Below are positions 1-10,505 of a stretch of 32,000 bases of DNA, piece after piece. A model generated the notes under the pieces. The model made no database searches, had not been told where the DNA came from, and saw only the letters and a list, made by a program, of their open reading frames with translations. The number at the start of each line of letters is the position of its first letter. Positions within the stretch are counted from its first letter, which is position 1. Source of the stretch: Candidatus Methylomirabilis oxygeniifera (GTDB lineage Bacteria; Methylomirabilota; Methylomirabilia; Methylomirabilales; Methylomirabilaceae). The stretch is from assembly GCA_000091165.1 (NCBI GenBank), contig FP565575.1, positions 180,001 to 212,000 of the forward strand. The letters run 5' to 3'. The translations under genes were made by a program, and so were the position numbers.

Positions 1-12
1 ATCGGGGCGTCG

Positions 13-1554
13 ATGATATTGAGCATCGGTAACCTGTTGACCATGGCGCTCGGCTATGTTTTTACATTGGTCATTGTGTGGAACTTCGGGGCTACAGGCT
101 CAAGCGATGCTTACTACCTCTCCATGACTGCGTGCGCCTTTCTGACCGGTATCCTCGAAGGCTGCCTTATGGGGTCCATGGTTCCGGCTTTTGCGACGCA
201 ACAGTTCCAGAGTCTCGTTGCCGCCGAGCGAAACCGGCAATGGAGCTCCCTGCTTAACCTCTTACTGGTGATTACGCTCTTTCTTGCCGCTGTCATGCTG
301 TTATGGGCCGATACGGTTATTGCGTTCCTGGGACCGACACTTGACGTGACCACACGTACGACTACCGCGAGGTTAACCCGGTTGTTGGTACCGACAATCC
401 TACTCCTTCCGATCGCATCCTTCTTTGCGGCGAGCCTAAACTCACTGAATAAATTTGCAAGTCGTGTCATTGCGAATGCAATTAGTGGGTTGTGCAGCAC
501 CGGAATCGCCGTTGGGCTCGTCGGCCATCTTGGGGTATACGCCCTCGGCTGGGCCGTCTCGGTTGGTGCTCTGGTTCGGGTCCTGGTGATGGGTCTCGCA
601 ATTCACTACTCGGGGTTTCGATATTATCCTTCTGCTCGGTTTAGGTTGCGCTCGTCGAATGCGATAGGAGGTCTATTCGTTCCGATCTTACTGTTATCGA
701 TCCTCCTGACGGTACGAGAAACGGCCGTAAAGTCGCTGGCTACCATGGCTGGATCTGGAGCGCTTACAGCGTTCTCACTGGGCATACAATTGGCAGACCT
801 TCCGCTGGGGATCGTCGTGTCAACGTTTGGGTCTGCAGTCCTGCCGACATTGTCGAAGCTGTGGTCTGAGCATGCTAAGCGAGAATTCATGAATGCAGTC
901 ATGGCGGTATTACGGACGGGGCTATTTTTAACTATCCCGGCCGCCATCGGAATCATAATTTTGGGAGGTCCGATTATTCAGGCGGTATTCCAACGAGGCG
1001 CCTTCGACAGCAGAGCCGTCCACCTTACGATGCTTGTTGTCATGTTTTATGCCATAGGTCTGCCGTTTCGCGGCGCCAATGACGCATTGGGGAGTGCCCT
1101 GTATGCAACACGGGACGCTTGGCGGCAGGTACTGTTTTCCGGTTCCGGGGTCGTGATCGCACTCGGTACCGGGATACTACTTCTGCCCTATTTCGCCGGC
1201 CCCGGACTTGCCGCCAGCCTCTCACTAGGGAACGCCGTCAACTGCTTTTTCCATCTGCGGTTCCTCCATCGACGGCTGGACGTCCGTCCGGATATGCAAG
1301 GCGTATGGTTTGTCCTAAAGGCAATAGGAGCGGCCTTAGCTATGGCCGCCATTGTCTTATTAGCGTATAAGCTATTAGTGACCGTTGCTGGTGAAGTGAG
1401 TGGATTGAGAGGCGTGTTGGCTCTTGGGATTTTGGCATGTATGGGTGCTGGAGTATATCTGGCGATGGGGCGCTTGGTAAGTTTGCGAGAATCTGTTGTC
1501 ATTCGGAACGCTGTGCTGGCCCGTTTGGCAAAAAAGGGTGAGCAGGGGGTATGA
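13..1554 (+). CDS. MurJ/MviN-family (MOP superfamily) flippase for a lipid-linked glycan; the 5' end may lie upstream of the window
   Basis: 513-aa, very hydrophobic multi-TM ORF. The N-terminal FGATGSSDAYYLS resembles the MurJ FGAGxxTDAFF signature. The frame stays open back to nt 1. There is a 4-nt ATGA overlap with the next gene at 1551-1554. Confidence 0.75.
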   Translation: MILSIGNLLTMALGYVFTLVIVWNFGATGSSDAYYLSMTACAFLTGILEGCLMGSMVPAFATQQFQSLVAAERNRQWSSLLNLLLVITLFLAAVMLLWADTVIAFLGPTLDVTTRTTTARLTRLLVPTILLLPIASFFAASLNSLNKFASRVIANAISGLCSTGIAVGLVGHLGVYALGWAVSVGALVRVLVMGLAIHYSGFRYYPSARFRLRSSNAIGGLFVPILLLSILLTVRETAVKSLATMAGSGALTAFSLGIQLADLPLGIVVSTFGSAVLPTLSKLWSEHAKREFMNAVMAVLRTGLFLTIPAAIGIIILGGPIIQAVFQRGAFDSRAVHLTMLVVMFYAIGLPFRGANDALGSALYATRDAWRQVLFSGSGVVIALGTGILLLPYFAGPGLAASLSLGNAVNCFFHLRFLHRRLDVRPDMQGVWFVLKAIGAALAMAAIVLLAYKLLVTVAGEVSGLRGVLALGILACMGAGVYLAMGRLVSLRESVVIRNAVLARLAKKGEQGV

Positions 1555-2399
1555 TCTTGGGCAGTAGGCGTGTTCCGATTCTAATGTATCATAACGTGGA
1601 GGATCCGGCGCGGGAACGGTTCCGTGTTCAGATGCGACTGCTCAGTCGATTTGGTTACCGAACGATCGTTTTCGCGGATCTCGTATCGCAGGTCAGGGAG
1701 GGAAGAACCATAGCGGCAAAAACCGTCGTACTGACGTTTGATGACGGCACGGCGGATCATTATCGAAACGTGTTCCCTACCCTGGAAGAGTTTGGTTTGG
1801 TGGGGACCTTCTTCGTGAGTCCTGATCTTATTGGGACAACTAAGTGGATGATCAAGTACGGGGATACCAAATCCCGCGTGTGGTTCGATGAGGTTCCTGG
1901 ACAGTGTTCAAAGCGAGGGGACTCGGCTCCCAGGAAGTTCTGCCATCTAAGTTGGGATGAAGTCGTGAAGATGCATCATGCCGGACAAGAGATCGGCTCG
2001 CACGGGCTCACCCATCCTTTTCTCACGGGAATTCCACTCTCCGAGGCCGAACGAGAGATTTATCGGTCGAGCGAGCAGTTGGCCGCCAGTTTGGGAGGAC
2101 CGATTAGTACGTTTTGCTATCCCTTCGGAGACTGGAGCATGGCTGTCCGGGAGACGGTCCGGGCGGCGGGGTATCGGGGCGCATGTGTCACCGCTCCCAC
2201 ATCGACCTGTGAGGTATCGTTTGACGATCTCTTTACGCTTGGTCGTCTGCCAGCGAATACGGAGATGCCCATGTGGGCCTTCTGGTTGGTGATCTCCGGC
2301 GGCGATTTCTTTCGTCGCCGGATCAATCGACTTCCCGGGATAGAACCGATTTTCCAGTTAAGGCGGGATTTGCGAAGAGCGCTTCGACAGTGGAGGTGA
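1551..2399 (+). CDS. Polysaccharide deacetylase, CE4 / NodB-homology domain
   Basis: VVLTFDDGTADHY (CE4 motif 1, Asp-Asp), GSHGLTHPFL (His-x4-His motif 2) and FCYPFG. Start overlaps the flippase stop (ATGA). Confidence 0.85.
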   Translation: MILGSRRVPILMYHNVEDPARERFRVQMRLLSRFGYRTIVFADLVSQVREGRTIAAKTVVLTFDDGTADHYRNVFPTLEEFGLVGTFFVSPDLIGTTKWMIKYGDTKSRVWFDEVPGQCSKRGDSAPRKFCHLSWDEVVKMHHAGQEIGSHGLTHPFLTGIPLSEAEREIYRSSEQLAASLGGPISTFCYPFGDWSMAVRETVRAAGYRGACVTAPTSTCEVSFDDLFTLGRLPANTEMPMWAFWLVISGGDFFRRRINRLPGIEPIFQLRRDLRRALRQWR

Positions 2400-2458
2400 C
2401 TCCAACGTGACTGCCGCGTCTTCTTCCATTACGACCGCCAATCGGCCCACCTCATACA

Positions 2459-2839
2459 ATGTCCTCTGACCCCATGGCTATTTGTACTAGCGCTGTAGGT
2501 CTCCTGAAAGAGAGAGGGTTGCTCATCATGAAGGTGGCATATTTGCGGGAGCGGAACTATTGGCTTGTGGGCCTGACCTGTTTCGTCAGGAACAGAGGAC
2601 AGTTGCTCCTTTTGCTGCCGAGCCAAATGTTCAGTTTTCCTCCTCGGACGATTGATGTGATGTGCCGGAAATTGGAAATCAGAATTGTGTTGCGTGCGGC
2701 AATTGGCGAAATCCCACATCGGCGAGCGCTTCCTCAGACTCTCTCGGAGTGTGTATGGTTATTGAGGAAGAAGGGAATTGAGGGCCTCAACGGCAAGCCA
2801 ACCTACATCATTTATACCGAGAAGGGTGGTCCGGCATGA
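2459..2839 (+). CDS. Hypothetical small protein (126 aa), doubtful
   Basis: Only sizeable sense ORF in the 436-bp gap 2400-2835. Its stop overlaps the next ATG (ATGA at 2836-2839). No recognisable motif or convincing RBS, and an antisense ORF of similar size covers the same DNA. Confidence 0.2.
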   Translation: MSSDPMAICTSAVGLLKERGLLIMKVAYLRERNYWLVGLTCFVRNRGQLLLLLPSQMFSFPPRTIDVMCRKLEIRIVLRAAIGEIPHRRALPQTLSECVWLLRKKGIEGLNGKPTYIIYTEKGGPA

Positions 2840-4005
2840 CGCGACCCAAGATCCTGTACGTCGTTCCCAGGCTTGGGGAGGGCGGGACTGAGCAGCACTT
2901 GCTGAGGTTACTTTCGCACCTGCCGACGAACGCATTGGAATACTCCTTCGCATGTTTGCGTCGGCAAGGCCCGCTATTGCCGGATTTCAAGAAGCTTGGT
3001 GTATCCATCATCGAGTTTTCGACTCCGCACACCACGTCGGGACGAATTCGGAGAGTGATCGAGTTAGCCCGATTTATGCGGCGAGAGCACGTCACTATCG
3101 TTGAGACCATGATGGGGATGACATCGTTCTATGGCGCGCTGGCGGCCTACGTGGCGCGGGTACCTGTAGTGATCTGCAATCAGCGCGAGATGGGGTATCG
3201 CGTTGACACGGGAGCAAGGCGACTGCTGCTGAAGTTGCAAATGCGATATTTTTCGACGCATGTCATCACAAATGCACGGGCCATTAAGGAATCGTTGGTG
3301 CGGGGGGGGTACTGCCCGGAGCGGAAGATTGCGGTTGTATACTCCGGAATTCCGATGGATGTCGTCGTTACACCTCTATCGGCTAATGCCGAACGACGGC
3401 GTCTCGAATTGTCGCCGGACGATATCGTAGTGGGGTGTGTGGCGAGGCTCGTGGCGGTGAAAGGACTTGACGGTCTGGTGAAGACGATTCCTCGAGTGCT
3501 TCGACACCTTCCGCGTGTTCGATTTGTTATCGTGGGGGAAGGACCGGAGCGTGCAGTGCTTGAGCGCATGAGACAAGAGCTTGGCATCGAGCGCGCCCTT
3601 CGTCTGGCCGGCTACAGCGCGGATCCGAGTGAGATCATTGCCTGTTCCGATATCTGTGTACAGCCGTCGTTGTCCGAAGGACTGCCGACCGCAGTGCTCG
3701 AATATATGCGAGCCGGAAAGCCGGTCGTTGCGACCGCGGTGGGCGGAATACCCGAGGCCATCGTGGACCGTCAGAGCGGCTTGTTGGTTCGACCGGGCGA
3801 CCTGGACGCGCTGTCTGATAGCATCATTCGGCTCGCCTCAGATCCCATGCTCCGGACACAGATGGGGGAACAAGGCCGGGAGATCGTAAGGCGGCGTTTT
3901 GATATTGGACAAGTTGCAAAACACTACGAGTTGCTGTACCACGAATTGATCAGAGGAATCGGGCCTAACTTTTCCGAGTGGGCGACTGAGCGATTCGGCG
4001 GTTAA
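2836..4005 (+). CDS. Glycosyltransferase family 4 (GT-B, retaining type)
   Basis: N-terminal KILYVVPRLGEGGTEQH. C-terminal E-x7-E block EGLPTAVLEYMRAGKPVVATAVGGIPEAIVDRQSGLLVRPGD. Confidence 0.9.
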   Translation: MTRPKILYVVPRLGEGGTEQHLLRLLSHLPTNALEYSFACLRRQGPLLPDFKKLGVSIIEFSTPHTTSGRIRRVIELARFMRREHVTIVETMMGMTSFYGALAAYVARVPVVICNQREMGYRVDTGARRLLLKLQMRYFSTHVITNARAIKESLVRGGYCPERKIAVVYSGIPMDVVVTPLSANAERRRLELSPDDIVVGCVARLVAVKGLDGLVKTIPRVLRHLPRVRFVIVGEGPERAVLERMRQELGIERALRLAGYSADPSEIIACSDICVQPSLSEGLPTAVLEYMRAGKPVVATAVGGIPEAIVDRQSGLLVRPGDLDALSDSIIRLASDPMLRTQMGEQGREIVRRRFDIGQVAKHYELLYHELIRGIGPNFSEWATERFGG

Positions 4006-4022
4006 GGGGAAACGACGCAACT

Positions 4023-5183
4023 GTGGGTACTCCACGGATACGAGTGGCGCTGGTGATCGCTACGTTAAACTATGGCGGGGCCCAGGTCCAGTTGTGCCAT
4101 CTTGCCAAGTTGTTAAGACGGTACAAGTACGAGGTGATGGTGTGTTGTGTCACCAGGGGTGGGCCGCTTGCCGAGGATCTCCGAGAAGCCGAGGTTGAGG
4201 TCCGGGTCATCGGGAAACGACACAAGCTCGACGTCACGGTTCTCTGGAAGTTAATTCGGATCTTTAAATCGTATCGGCCGGACATAGTACATTGTCAGCT
4301 TTTTACCGCCAATATGTGGGGCCGGCTCGCCGCACGGATTTCTGGGATACGGGGTATTATTGCAACGGTCCTTTCCCTCGAAGCCGATCGCGGAATTTCG
4401 TACGTCCTGGTCGACCGATTGCTTGCTCATGTTACCGATCGAATCGTCTGTAATACGTGGGAGATCAAGGGATATCTGGCAGAGGGGGAGAAGATGGACC
4501 CTGGTAAGCTGACCGTAGTCCACAACGGAGTCGATACCGATTGGTCCGGTAGCTGGCTTGCGGCCCATGGCATCCTGCCGCTCGGTTCGTCTAAGTCAGC
4601 CTTGGGGTTGGCGCCCCATCGGCCGGTTGTAGGAATGGTGTGCCGCTTCGATCCGCGAAAGGGGATCGAAATATTTTTGGACGCTTGTGAACTACTTCTA
4701 AGACAACGGGACGATGTGCAGTTCCTATTGGTTGGGGATGCTGATCCCGCTCAACCCGACCAAGTCGCCTGCAAGGCCCAGGTCATGAAGCGACTCGAAC
4801 AGTCACCATTGAGTTCCTCGGTTGTCCTGCCTGGACTGGCTGCAGACGTACGCCCGCTATTGCATTGCATGAATGTGTTCGTCTTGACATCGCATACCGA
4901 GGGACTTCCGAATGCCTTGATGGAGGCTATGGCGATGGAACGGCCTATCGTGGCTACGACGGTAGGCGGCGTACCGGAGTTGGTGAGGCACGAGATTGAC
5001 GGATTGCTGGTTCCACCCGGCGACCCCGAAGCCGTGGCTAATGCCGTACTGCGCCTTCTCCAACAACCGGACGTGGCTTGGGTGATGGCAAGGAAAGCCA
5101 GAGAGCGCATGTGCGAGGACTTCTCGCTTGCGCGTATGGTGTCGGATACAACCAAAATATACCATGAAGTTCTCCGTATGTAA
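4023..5183 (+). CDS. Glycosyltransferase family 4
   Basis: GTG start preceded by AAGGGGAAA. RVALVIATLNYGGAQVQ at the N-terminus. EGLPNALMEAMAMERPIVATTVGGVPELVRHEIDGLLVPPGD near the C-terminus. Confidence 0.9.
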   Translation: MGTPRIRVALVIATLNYGGAQVQLCHLAKLLRRYKYEVMVCCVTRGGPLAEDLREAEVEVRVIGKRHKLDVTVLWKLIRIFKSYRPDIVHCQLFTANMWGRLAARISGIRGIIATVLSLEADRGISYVLVDRLLAHVTDRIVCNTWEIKGYLAEGEKMDPGKLTVVHNGVDTDWSGSWLAAHGILPLGSSKSALGLAPHRPVVGMVCRFDPRKGIEIFLDACELLLRQRDDVQFLLVGDADPAQPDQVACKAQVMKRLEQSPLSSSVVLPGLAADVRPLLHCMNVFVLTSHTEGLPNALMEAMAMERPIVATTVGGVPELVRHEIDGLLVPPGDPEAVANAVLRLLQQPDVAWVMARKARERMCEDFSLARMVSDTTKIYHEVLRM

Positions 5184-5236
5184 GCGACGGTTTTCAGTGA
5201 TCCGGCAGCTCGAATGCCTCATGCGATCTCAAGTGT

Positions 5237-6466
5237 ATGTGGATCCCCAGGTACATCGCCGTATGGGCCTATGCCGTGAAGACGTTAGAAAGAGCAGATA
5301 GCAATCAGATCGCGGCTGATATGAGTGAAGAAATGGTATCGAAAAAGATCCGGCTGCTTTCCTTTCAGAGTGGAGACATGCTTGGCGGGACCGAGCTGAA
5401 TAACTATCGAATTATCTCAGGGATGGATCGCGACCGCTTTGAGGTAGATATCTGCTTCCTCGATAATGAGGGTCCATTGACGCCGCTCTACAGGGATCTT
5501 GGGTTCAGGGTGTTTCACCTGTTTGCAGGCGGTAAGCTCCAGATAAGCTCATGTCTCAGATTAGCTAGGATCTTGCGTTGTAGGCATTATGACATCCTCC
5601 ATATCTTTGGGCTACGCGCAAATCTCATTGGACGGATCGTGGGCCGTATTTGTGGAGTTCGGTACATTGTTACAGGACAGCGGAATATCGACGCGTGGCG
5701 GAAGAGAAGACATACCTTGGCGGATTATGTGACCTCTCCCTTCGTGAGTGTTTATATTTCCAATTCCTACGCCGGCGTCGAGATCCTGCGTGCCAGAGAG
5801 CGGATATCGCCAGAGAAAATCCTCGTCATTCATAATGGTATCGACTGGTCTCAATTCAGTGCGTCCTCTTCGACCGGTTTACTCAGGCGGACGCTTGGGC
5901 TGTCGCCCGATGTGCCTGTAATTGTTTGCGTAGGCGAGCTTCGCGACGCCAAGGGTCACGCATATCTGTTGGAGGCGGTGGCCAGACTCCGGTTTGCCGG
6001 TAAAGAATTTCATGTGTGGCTGGTTGGAGACGGACCTCTTCGGCAAGCCATTCAACATCAAATCAGAGACCTGCGCCTCGACCGGACTGTGACGCTGCTT
6101 GGCATCCGGGAGGATGTTTCAGACATTCTCTCCGAAAGTGATATCTTTTGCTTGGCTTCTCTATGGGAAGGACTCCCCACGTGTGTGATGGAGGCGATGT
6201 CAAGCGCCCTCCCGGTTGTCGCAACCACCGTCGGCGGCGTTCCCGAGCTGGTTTGCGATGGGGAAACAGGATTACTGGTGCCGCCGCGCAACCCAAGCGC
6301 TCTGGCCGAGGCATTAACCAAGTTGCTTGATGCACCGCGTTTGCGAGCAGCCTTCGGTGAGGCCGGGCGATCCGTTGTCAAGCGTCATTTTGGACTTACC
6401 GACAAGATCCGGGATCTCGAGAAGGTGTACGAAGGCCTTCTTTCCACGGAAGCGAGAATCATGTGA
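5237..6466 (+). CDS. Glycosyltransferase family 4 (start uncertain; alternative ATG at 5321)
   Basis: EGLPTCVMEAMSSALPVVATTVGGVPELVCDGETGLLVPPRN. The first 28 codons have no GT-like character, and the GT fold begins after MSEEMVSKKIRLLSF. Confidence 0.85.
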   Translation: MWIPRYIAVWAYAVKTLERADSNQIAADMSEEMVSKKIRLLSFQSGDMLGGTELNNYRIISGMDRDRFEVDICFLDNEGPLTPLYRDLGFRVFHLFAGGKLQISSCLRLARILRCRHYDILHIFGLRANLIGRIVGRICGVRYIVTGQRNIDAWRKRRHTLADYVTSPFVSVYISNSYAGVEILRARERISPEKILVIHNGIDWSQFSASSSTGLLRRTLGLSPDVPVIVCVGELRDAKGHAYLLEAVARLRFAGKEFHVWLVGDGPLRQAIQHQIRDLRLDRTVTLLGIREDVSDILSESDIFCLASLWEGLPTCVMEAMSSALPVVATTVGGVPELVCDGETGLLVPPRNPSALAEALTKLLDAPRLRAAFGEAGRSVVKRHFGLTDKIRDLEKVYEGLLSTEARIM

Positions 6467-8406
6467 TTGAAGAGGTTCGTCCTGCGCTTGTCTTTGCTGC
6501 CGTTGTCGGGATGGCCGTTCTGACGTCGAATGTGCACGCTCACAGTACGCCGAGATATGATCGGCAGGCGTCCGCTGCGCTTAGGGTGTTTCGAGTCCCT
6601 GCCTTTGAGCTTGGTTGGGAACACCTAGCCTTTTCGCTGTCGCCGCCGCCGCCAAATGGACGAGGCGTCATGAGATTAGAGGACCGACTGAGCCCGAATG
6701 ATCGTATTGCCGCTCATCGGGCATTGACGGATCTGAAGACCGCCGCATTCTCAGGGCTCCACCTTCTCAACCTTCGCACTGATCGTGTTGCACTCACGGC
6801 GGCTAAAACACAAACTGAAGCGTTCTCTTTCCTGGTGGAATCCGATGTGAAGATCTCGAACCTCAGGGTGTTGGCAACAGACCTCGCGGGAGGACGCCGT
6901 AAAATCGATGCGCAAAACGTGCAGATCTGGCTTGTGCATCCGTGGCTTCAAGCGGGTCGGTCGGTTTACGTTGACAAGGCGGTCATCGTTCCGGAGTTGT
7001 TGCTGAAGACTGATATCGGATTGGAGTTCTCTGATTCATATGATCGCGCCGGTCGATACCTTCCTCCTCGTATCCGACTGGAAGGCCCCGTCACGACATC
7101 GGTTGAAGCTGGCGCGTTCAAGCGGTTTCTCGTCACGGTTTCCGTTCCGATCAAGGCTCACTCGGGCCGTTATTCTGGTAAGGTGTTGATCATTCGCGAT
7201 GGTGCTGACGCTTCAGCGTTGAGGATCGATCTGCGGGTAGCCGACATCACCCTGGACGTTCCACAGCACACGCTTCTCATTTACTATGATGGGACGCCTG
7301 AATCTTCGACCGGGACTGACGTGGAAATAGATAACCGATTTCTACGTGAGATGCGGTACATTCGGGATCTCGGGTATGCCGGGCTACGACTCGGCAATTA
7401 CCGGGATCGAGCTCATCTGGCTAAGGCGTTAGGAACGATCCGCTCGGTTGGATTTTTAGGTCCCATTGTGCAGGGCGCCTTTATTGAAGATGGTCTCTCT
7501 GTAGCCAAGTCGTTGGGCTACACACCATACTTCTATGGCGTTGACGAGCCGGACACTCACGGTCGACTGGAAGAACACATTCGGGAATCCAGAAAAATCC
7601 ACGCGAAGGGTGGAAAAGTTGCAACGGCGATTACCCGGACAGGCGCCCTTTCGCTCGCCGATCCGGGTGGCTGGAATGAGCCGCTCGACATGATCAACTA
7701 CGATCAGGACAGAGAAGACTTTTGGGAATACGTGCAGGCACTGCACGATGGAAAGACAACACGCCTTTCTACTGCAGAATTGTTCTACTGGCAGGTGTGG
7801 GTAGAGAAGCCCGATATCAACCGGATTTTTCACGGTTTCTATCTTTGGAAAACCGGTCTTGATGGGGTCTTTCCTTGGATCTTTGGAAGAGTCAGTTCTA
7901 CGTCCCCATACAACAGCGGGGATTCCACCGAACCTGATAGGGGCCAGCAGGTGAGTCGCCCCTACAGGCAATTTTTTCTCGTTTATCCGGCAAAGGACGG
8001 GCCGGTCCCAACTTTGAATTCTGAGGCTATCCGTCAAGGAATAACAGATCTGCGACTGCTCACCACGCTTCAGCGCTTGATGCGGCGCTCGTCGGGAATG
8101 AACGGCGCAATTGCGGCGGCACGCAAGGAGGCAGAGGCCGCCGTGGCGCGAATCCTTAGTCATCTGCACTGGGATCTGCGGATGCACGCCTCCGATTCGT
8201 ATCGACCGTACGGGCGGATGTCGTCGGAAGAGATTGACGGGTTCCGTACCACAGTCATGAAGCACGTTCTCGACCTTCACACTGCACTTCAACGGGGTAC
8301 ATCGCGCGAGGATCAAAGGTTAGGTTATCGAGGAAAGTATCCTTCTTCTTCAAGTGTGAGACCGGGAACCCTCAGTGATCATTTGATGTGTTGTGACGGT
8401 CTATGA
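6463..8406 (+). CDS. Secreted hypothetical protein, DUF4091 / GH123-like putative glycan hydrolase (distant paralog of 14100-16130)
   Basis: GTG start overlaps the previous stop (GTGA). Signal-peptide-like ALVFAAVVGMAVLTSNVHA-HS. Beta-sandwich-type segment FLVTVSVPIKAHSGRYSGKVLI...LRVADITLDVP, then YFYGVDEPD and a W/Y-rich distal block. The same order of blocks appears in the CARDB protein. Confidence 0.5.
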   Translation: MIEEVRPALVFAAVVGMAVLTSNVHAHSTPRYDRQASAALRVFRVPAFELGWEHLAFSLSPPPPNGRGVMRLEDRLSPNDRIAAHRALTDLKTAAFSGLHLLNLRTDRVALTAAKTQTEAFSFLVESDVKISNLRVLATDLAGGRRKIDAQNVQIWLVHPWLQAGRSVYVDKAVIVPELLLKTDIGLEFSDSYDRAGRYLPPRIRLEGPVTTSVEAGAFKRFLVTVSVPIKAHSGRYSGKVLIIRDGADASALRIDLRVADITLDVPQHTLLIYYDGTPESSTGTDVEIDNRFLREMRYIRDLGYAGLRLGNYRDRAHLAKALGTIRSVGFLGPIVQGAFIEDGLSVAKSLGYTPYFYGVDEPDTHGRLEEHIRESRKIHAKGGKVATAITRTGALSLADPGGWNEPLDMINYDQDREDFWEYVQALHDGKTTRLSTAELFYWQVWVEKPDINRIFHGFYLWKTGLDGVFPWIFGRVSSTSPYNSGDSTEPDRGQQVSRPYRQFFLVYPAKDGPVPTLNSEAIRQGITDLRLLTTLQRLMRRSSGMNGAIAAARKEAEAAVARILSHLHWDLRMHASDSYRPYGRMSSEEIDGFRTTVMKHVLDLHTALQRGTSREDQRLGYRGKYPSSSSVRPGTLSDHLMCCDGL

Positions 8407-9395
8407 TTCACGAAAGCGGCATACTCGTCATCTCCCTGGATTTTGAACTCCATTGGGGCGTCCGCGATAAGAGGAGGGTCGAGGATTACCGCGGGAACCT
8501 TCTTGGTGCGCGCACAGTGATACCGCGGCTGTTGGAGCTGTTTACCCAGTACGACATCCACGCGACGTGGGCAATCGTAGGATTCCTATTCTTTCGCAAT
8601 CGATGTGAGCTCATGCGGGGGTTACCGACCACGATACCGCAGTACACCGACAGGAGGTTGTCTCCATATGATGACCTTGATGCTATCGGTATCGATGAGC
8701 AGGACGATCCATTCCATTATGCATCCTCACTGATCACGCTGATTGCTTCCCGACCTAATCAGGAGATCGGTAGTCATTCATTTTCACATTATTATTGTCT
8801 CGAATCCGGACAGACCATTGAAATGTTCGAATCCGATCTGCAAGCCGCCATTCAGGCAGCGAAACCTTATGGGCTATCCCTCGACAGCATGGTGTTTCCC
8901 AGGAACCAGGTGAATGATGACTACATACCCGTGTGCAGAGCTAATGGAATCAAGGCGTTCAGGGGAAGACCACGCTCTTGGACCTACGCGGCGAGGAATC
9001 AAGAAGAGGAATCTCGTTGGGCAAGATTACTTCGCTTAATAGACGCGTACATCAATCTCTCCGGGCACACCTGCTATTCATCGGCGGAGATCGCCGCAGG
9101 TTGTCCTTGCAATATCCCGGGCAGTCGGTTTGTTCGACCATACTCGCCAAGGTTCAGGGCGCTAGAACCGCTTCGACTGCACCGCATAAAGTCGGATCTG
9201 AGTTATGCCGCCAAAAATAAACAAGTCTATCACCTGTTTTGGCATCCTCACAATTTTGGAAAAGATATCGATCGGAATCTGGCTTTTTTAAGGAGTGTAC
9301 TCGAACATTTTCAAGTATTGCGCCATGGGTATGGTATGCAAAGCTTAAATATGCGTGACGTTGTCGCCGGGCTGACTCAAGAGATTATTGACTGA
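8403..9395 (+). CDS. Divergent polysaccharide deacetylase-like protein (CE4-like)
   Basis: ATGA overlap with the upstream gene. ILVISLDFELHWGVRD replaces the TFDDG motif. EIGSHSFSHYY matches the H-S-x-x-H metal motif, and MVFPRNQ follows. Confidence 0.6.
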   Translation: MIHESGILVISLDFELHWGVRDKRRVEDYRGNLLGARTVIPRLLELFTQYDIHATWAIVGFLFFRNRCELMRGLPTTIPQYTDRRLSPYDDLDAIGIDEQDDPFHYASSLITLIASRPNQEIGSHSFSHYYCLESGQTIEMFESDLQAAIQAAKPYGLSLDSMVFPRNQVNDDYIPVCRANGIKAFRGRPRSWTYAARNQEEESRWARLLRLIDAYINLSGHTCYSSAEIAAGCPCNIPGSRFVRPYSPRFRALEPLRLHRIKSDLSYAAKNKQVYHLFWHPHNFGKDIDRNLAFLRSVLEHFQVLRHGYGMQSLNMRDVVAGLTQEIID

Positions 9396-9496
9396 AGATG
9401 ATGGATCGGCTGTGAACAGTCAGCTCTACTTTTCCACGCGATGATGCAGTTCATATTCGCTCCCGGCGTCCACTCGAATAGGCATAATCTTCCATT

Positions 9497-10378
9497 TTGG
9501 TTGAGGTGCCGTTGAGCCGGAAGTCCGGAATCCCTTGGCAAGTCAAGGTTGCGGCGAAGCTCGTCCTCTCCGCCATACCGCTGCGCTACGGTATGTGGCG
9601 GCGACTGGGCCTATTTCGCCACGGAAAAATGGACCGCCCGAAATATGGCTATGAAGTCTTCAAATGCCACTTTGAGCGGGCGGGTGTCTCCAGGCGAAAC
9701 ACAGGGTTCACCCAATTGGAGCTGGGGCCTGGAGATTCGCTGTGTTCTGCGATGATCGGATATGCGTTCGGGGCGTCTGCGACCTATCTTGTAGATGTGG
9801 GATCGTATGCGCAAGATGACTTAGGTTTCTACCATTCAATGGCCGGCTTTCTCTCTCAGGAGGGCCTGGAGGCGCCGGATCTATCGCACGCGAGGTGTCT
9901 GAATGATCTACTTGCAGTCTGTGGGGCGCAATACTTGACCCAGGGGCTGGCTTCGTTAAGAACTATTCCCGATCAATCGATTCATTTCATCTGGTCGCAT
10001 GCCGTCCTTCAATCCGTCAGACGGAGCGAGTTCGTGGATACGTTGAAGGAGCTACGCCGAATAATTCGTAGCGACGGCGTGTGTTCCCACCAAATAGATC
10101 TCCGGGACTTCCTGGGCGGCAATCTGAATAGCTTAAGATTCCGAAAGGAGCTGTGGGAGTCCGATTTCATGATTCGGTCGAGGTTTTATACGAATCGGAT
10201 TCGGTATTCGGAAATGTTGCGACTCTTTGAGCAGACCGGCTTTGACGTCCACGTGAGCGACGCGTCTCGGTGGGACACGTTGCCGATATCGAGGGCCAAG
10301 TTGTCGCCAGAGTTCAGGTGTTTGTCGGATGGCGAGCTCTGCGTATCGGGTTTTGGGGTGGTCCTCCGTCCGCGCTAG
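9497..10378 (+). CDS. Class I SAM-dependent methyltransferase (TTG start, uncertain)
   Basis: Motif I LELGPGDSL, followed by YLVDV (post-I acidic residue) and IHFIWSHAVLQSV (motif II-like). No clear RBS, so the start could be internal. Confidence 0.7.
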   Translation: MVEVPLSRKSGIPWQVKVAAKLVLSAIPLRYGMWRRLGLFRHGKMDRPKYGYEVFKCHFERAGVSRRNTGFTQLELGPGDSLCSAMIGYAFGASATYLVDVGSYAQDDLGFYHSMAGFLSQEGLEAPDLSHARCLNDLLAVCGAQYLTQGLASLRTIPDQSIHFIWSHAVLQSVRRSEFVDTLKELRRIIRSDGVCSHQIDLRDFLGGNLNSLRFRKELWESDFMIRSRFYTNRIRYSEMLRLFEQTGFDVHVSDASRWDTLPISRAKLSPEFRCLSDGELCVSGFGVVLRPR

Positions 10379-10505
10379 ACCATCATGGCTACCGCTACAT
10401 TGTTTCGGCCGAGCGACAATTCTGCCGGACCTTGCGTGAAGTAGCGCTTCGTCTTGAGGGACGCGTCGGAGAGGCTGTTTTATAAGGGCTCCTATAGGGT
10501 CTACC

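Noticed and set aside
2537-2550. Sigma54-like TGGCAT...TTGC element
   Set aside because: The GG-to-GC spacing is 8 nt, not the required 11 nt, so it does not fit a -24/-12 promoter.
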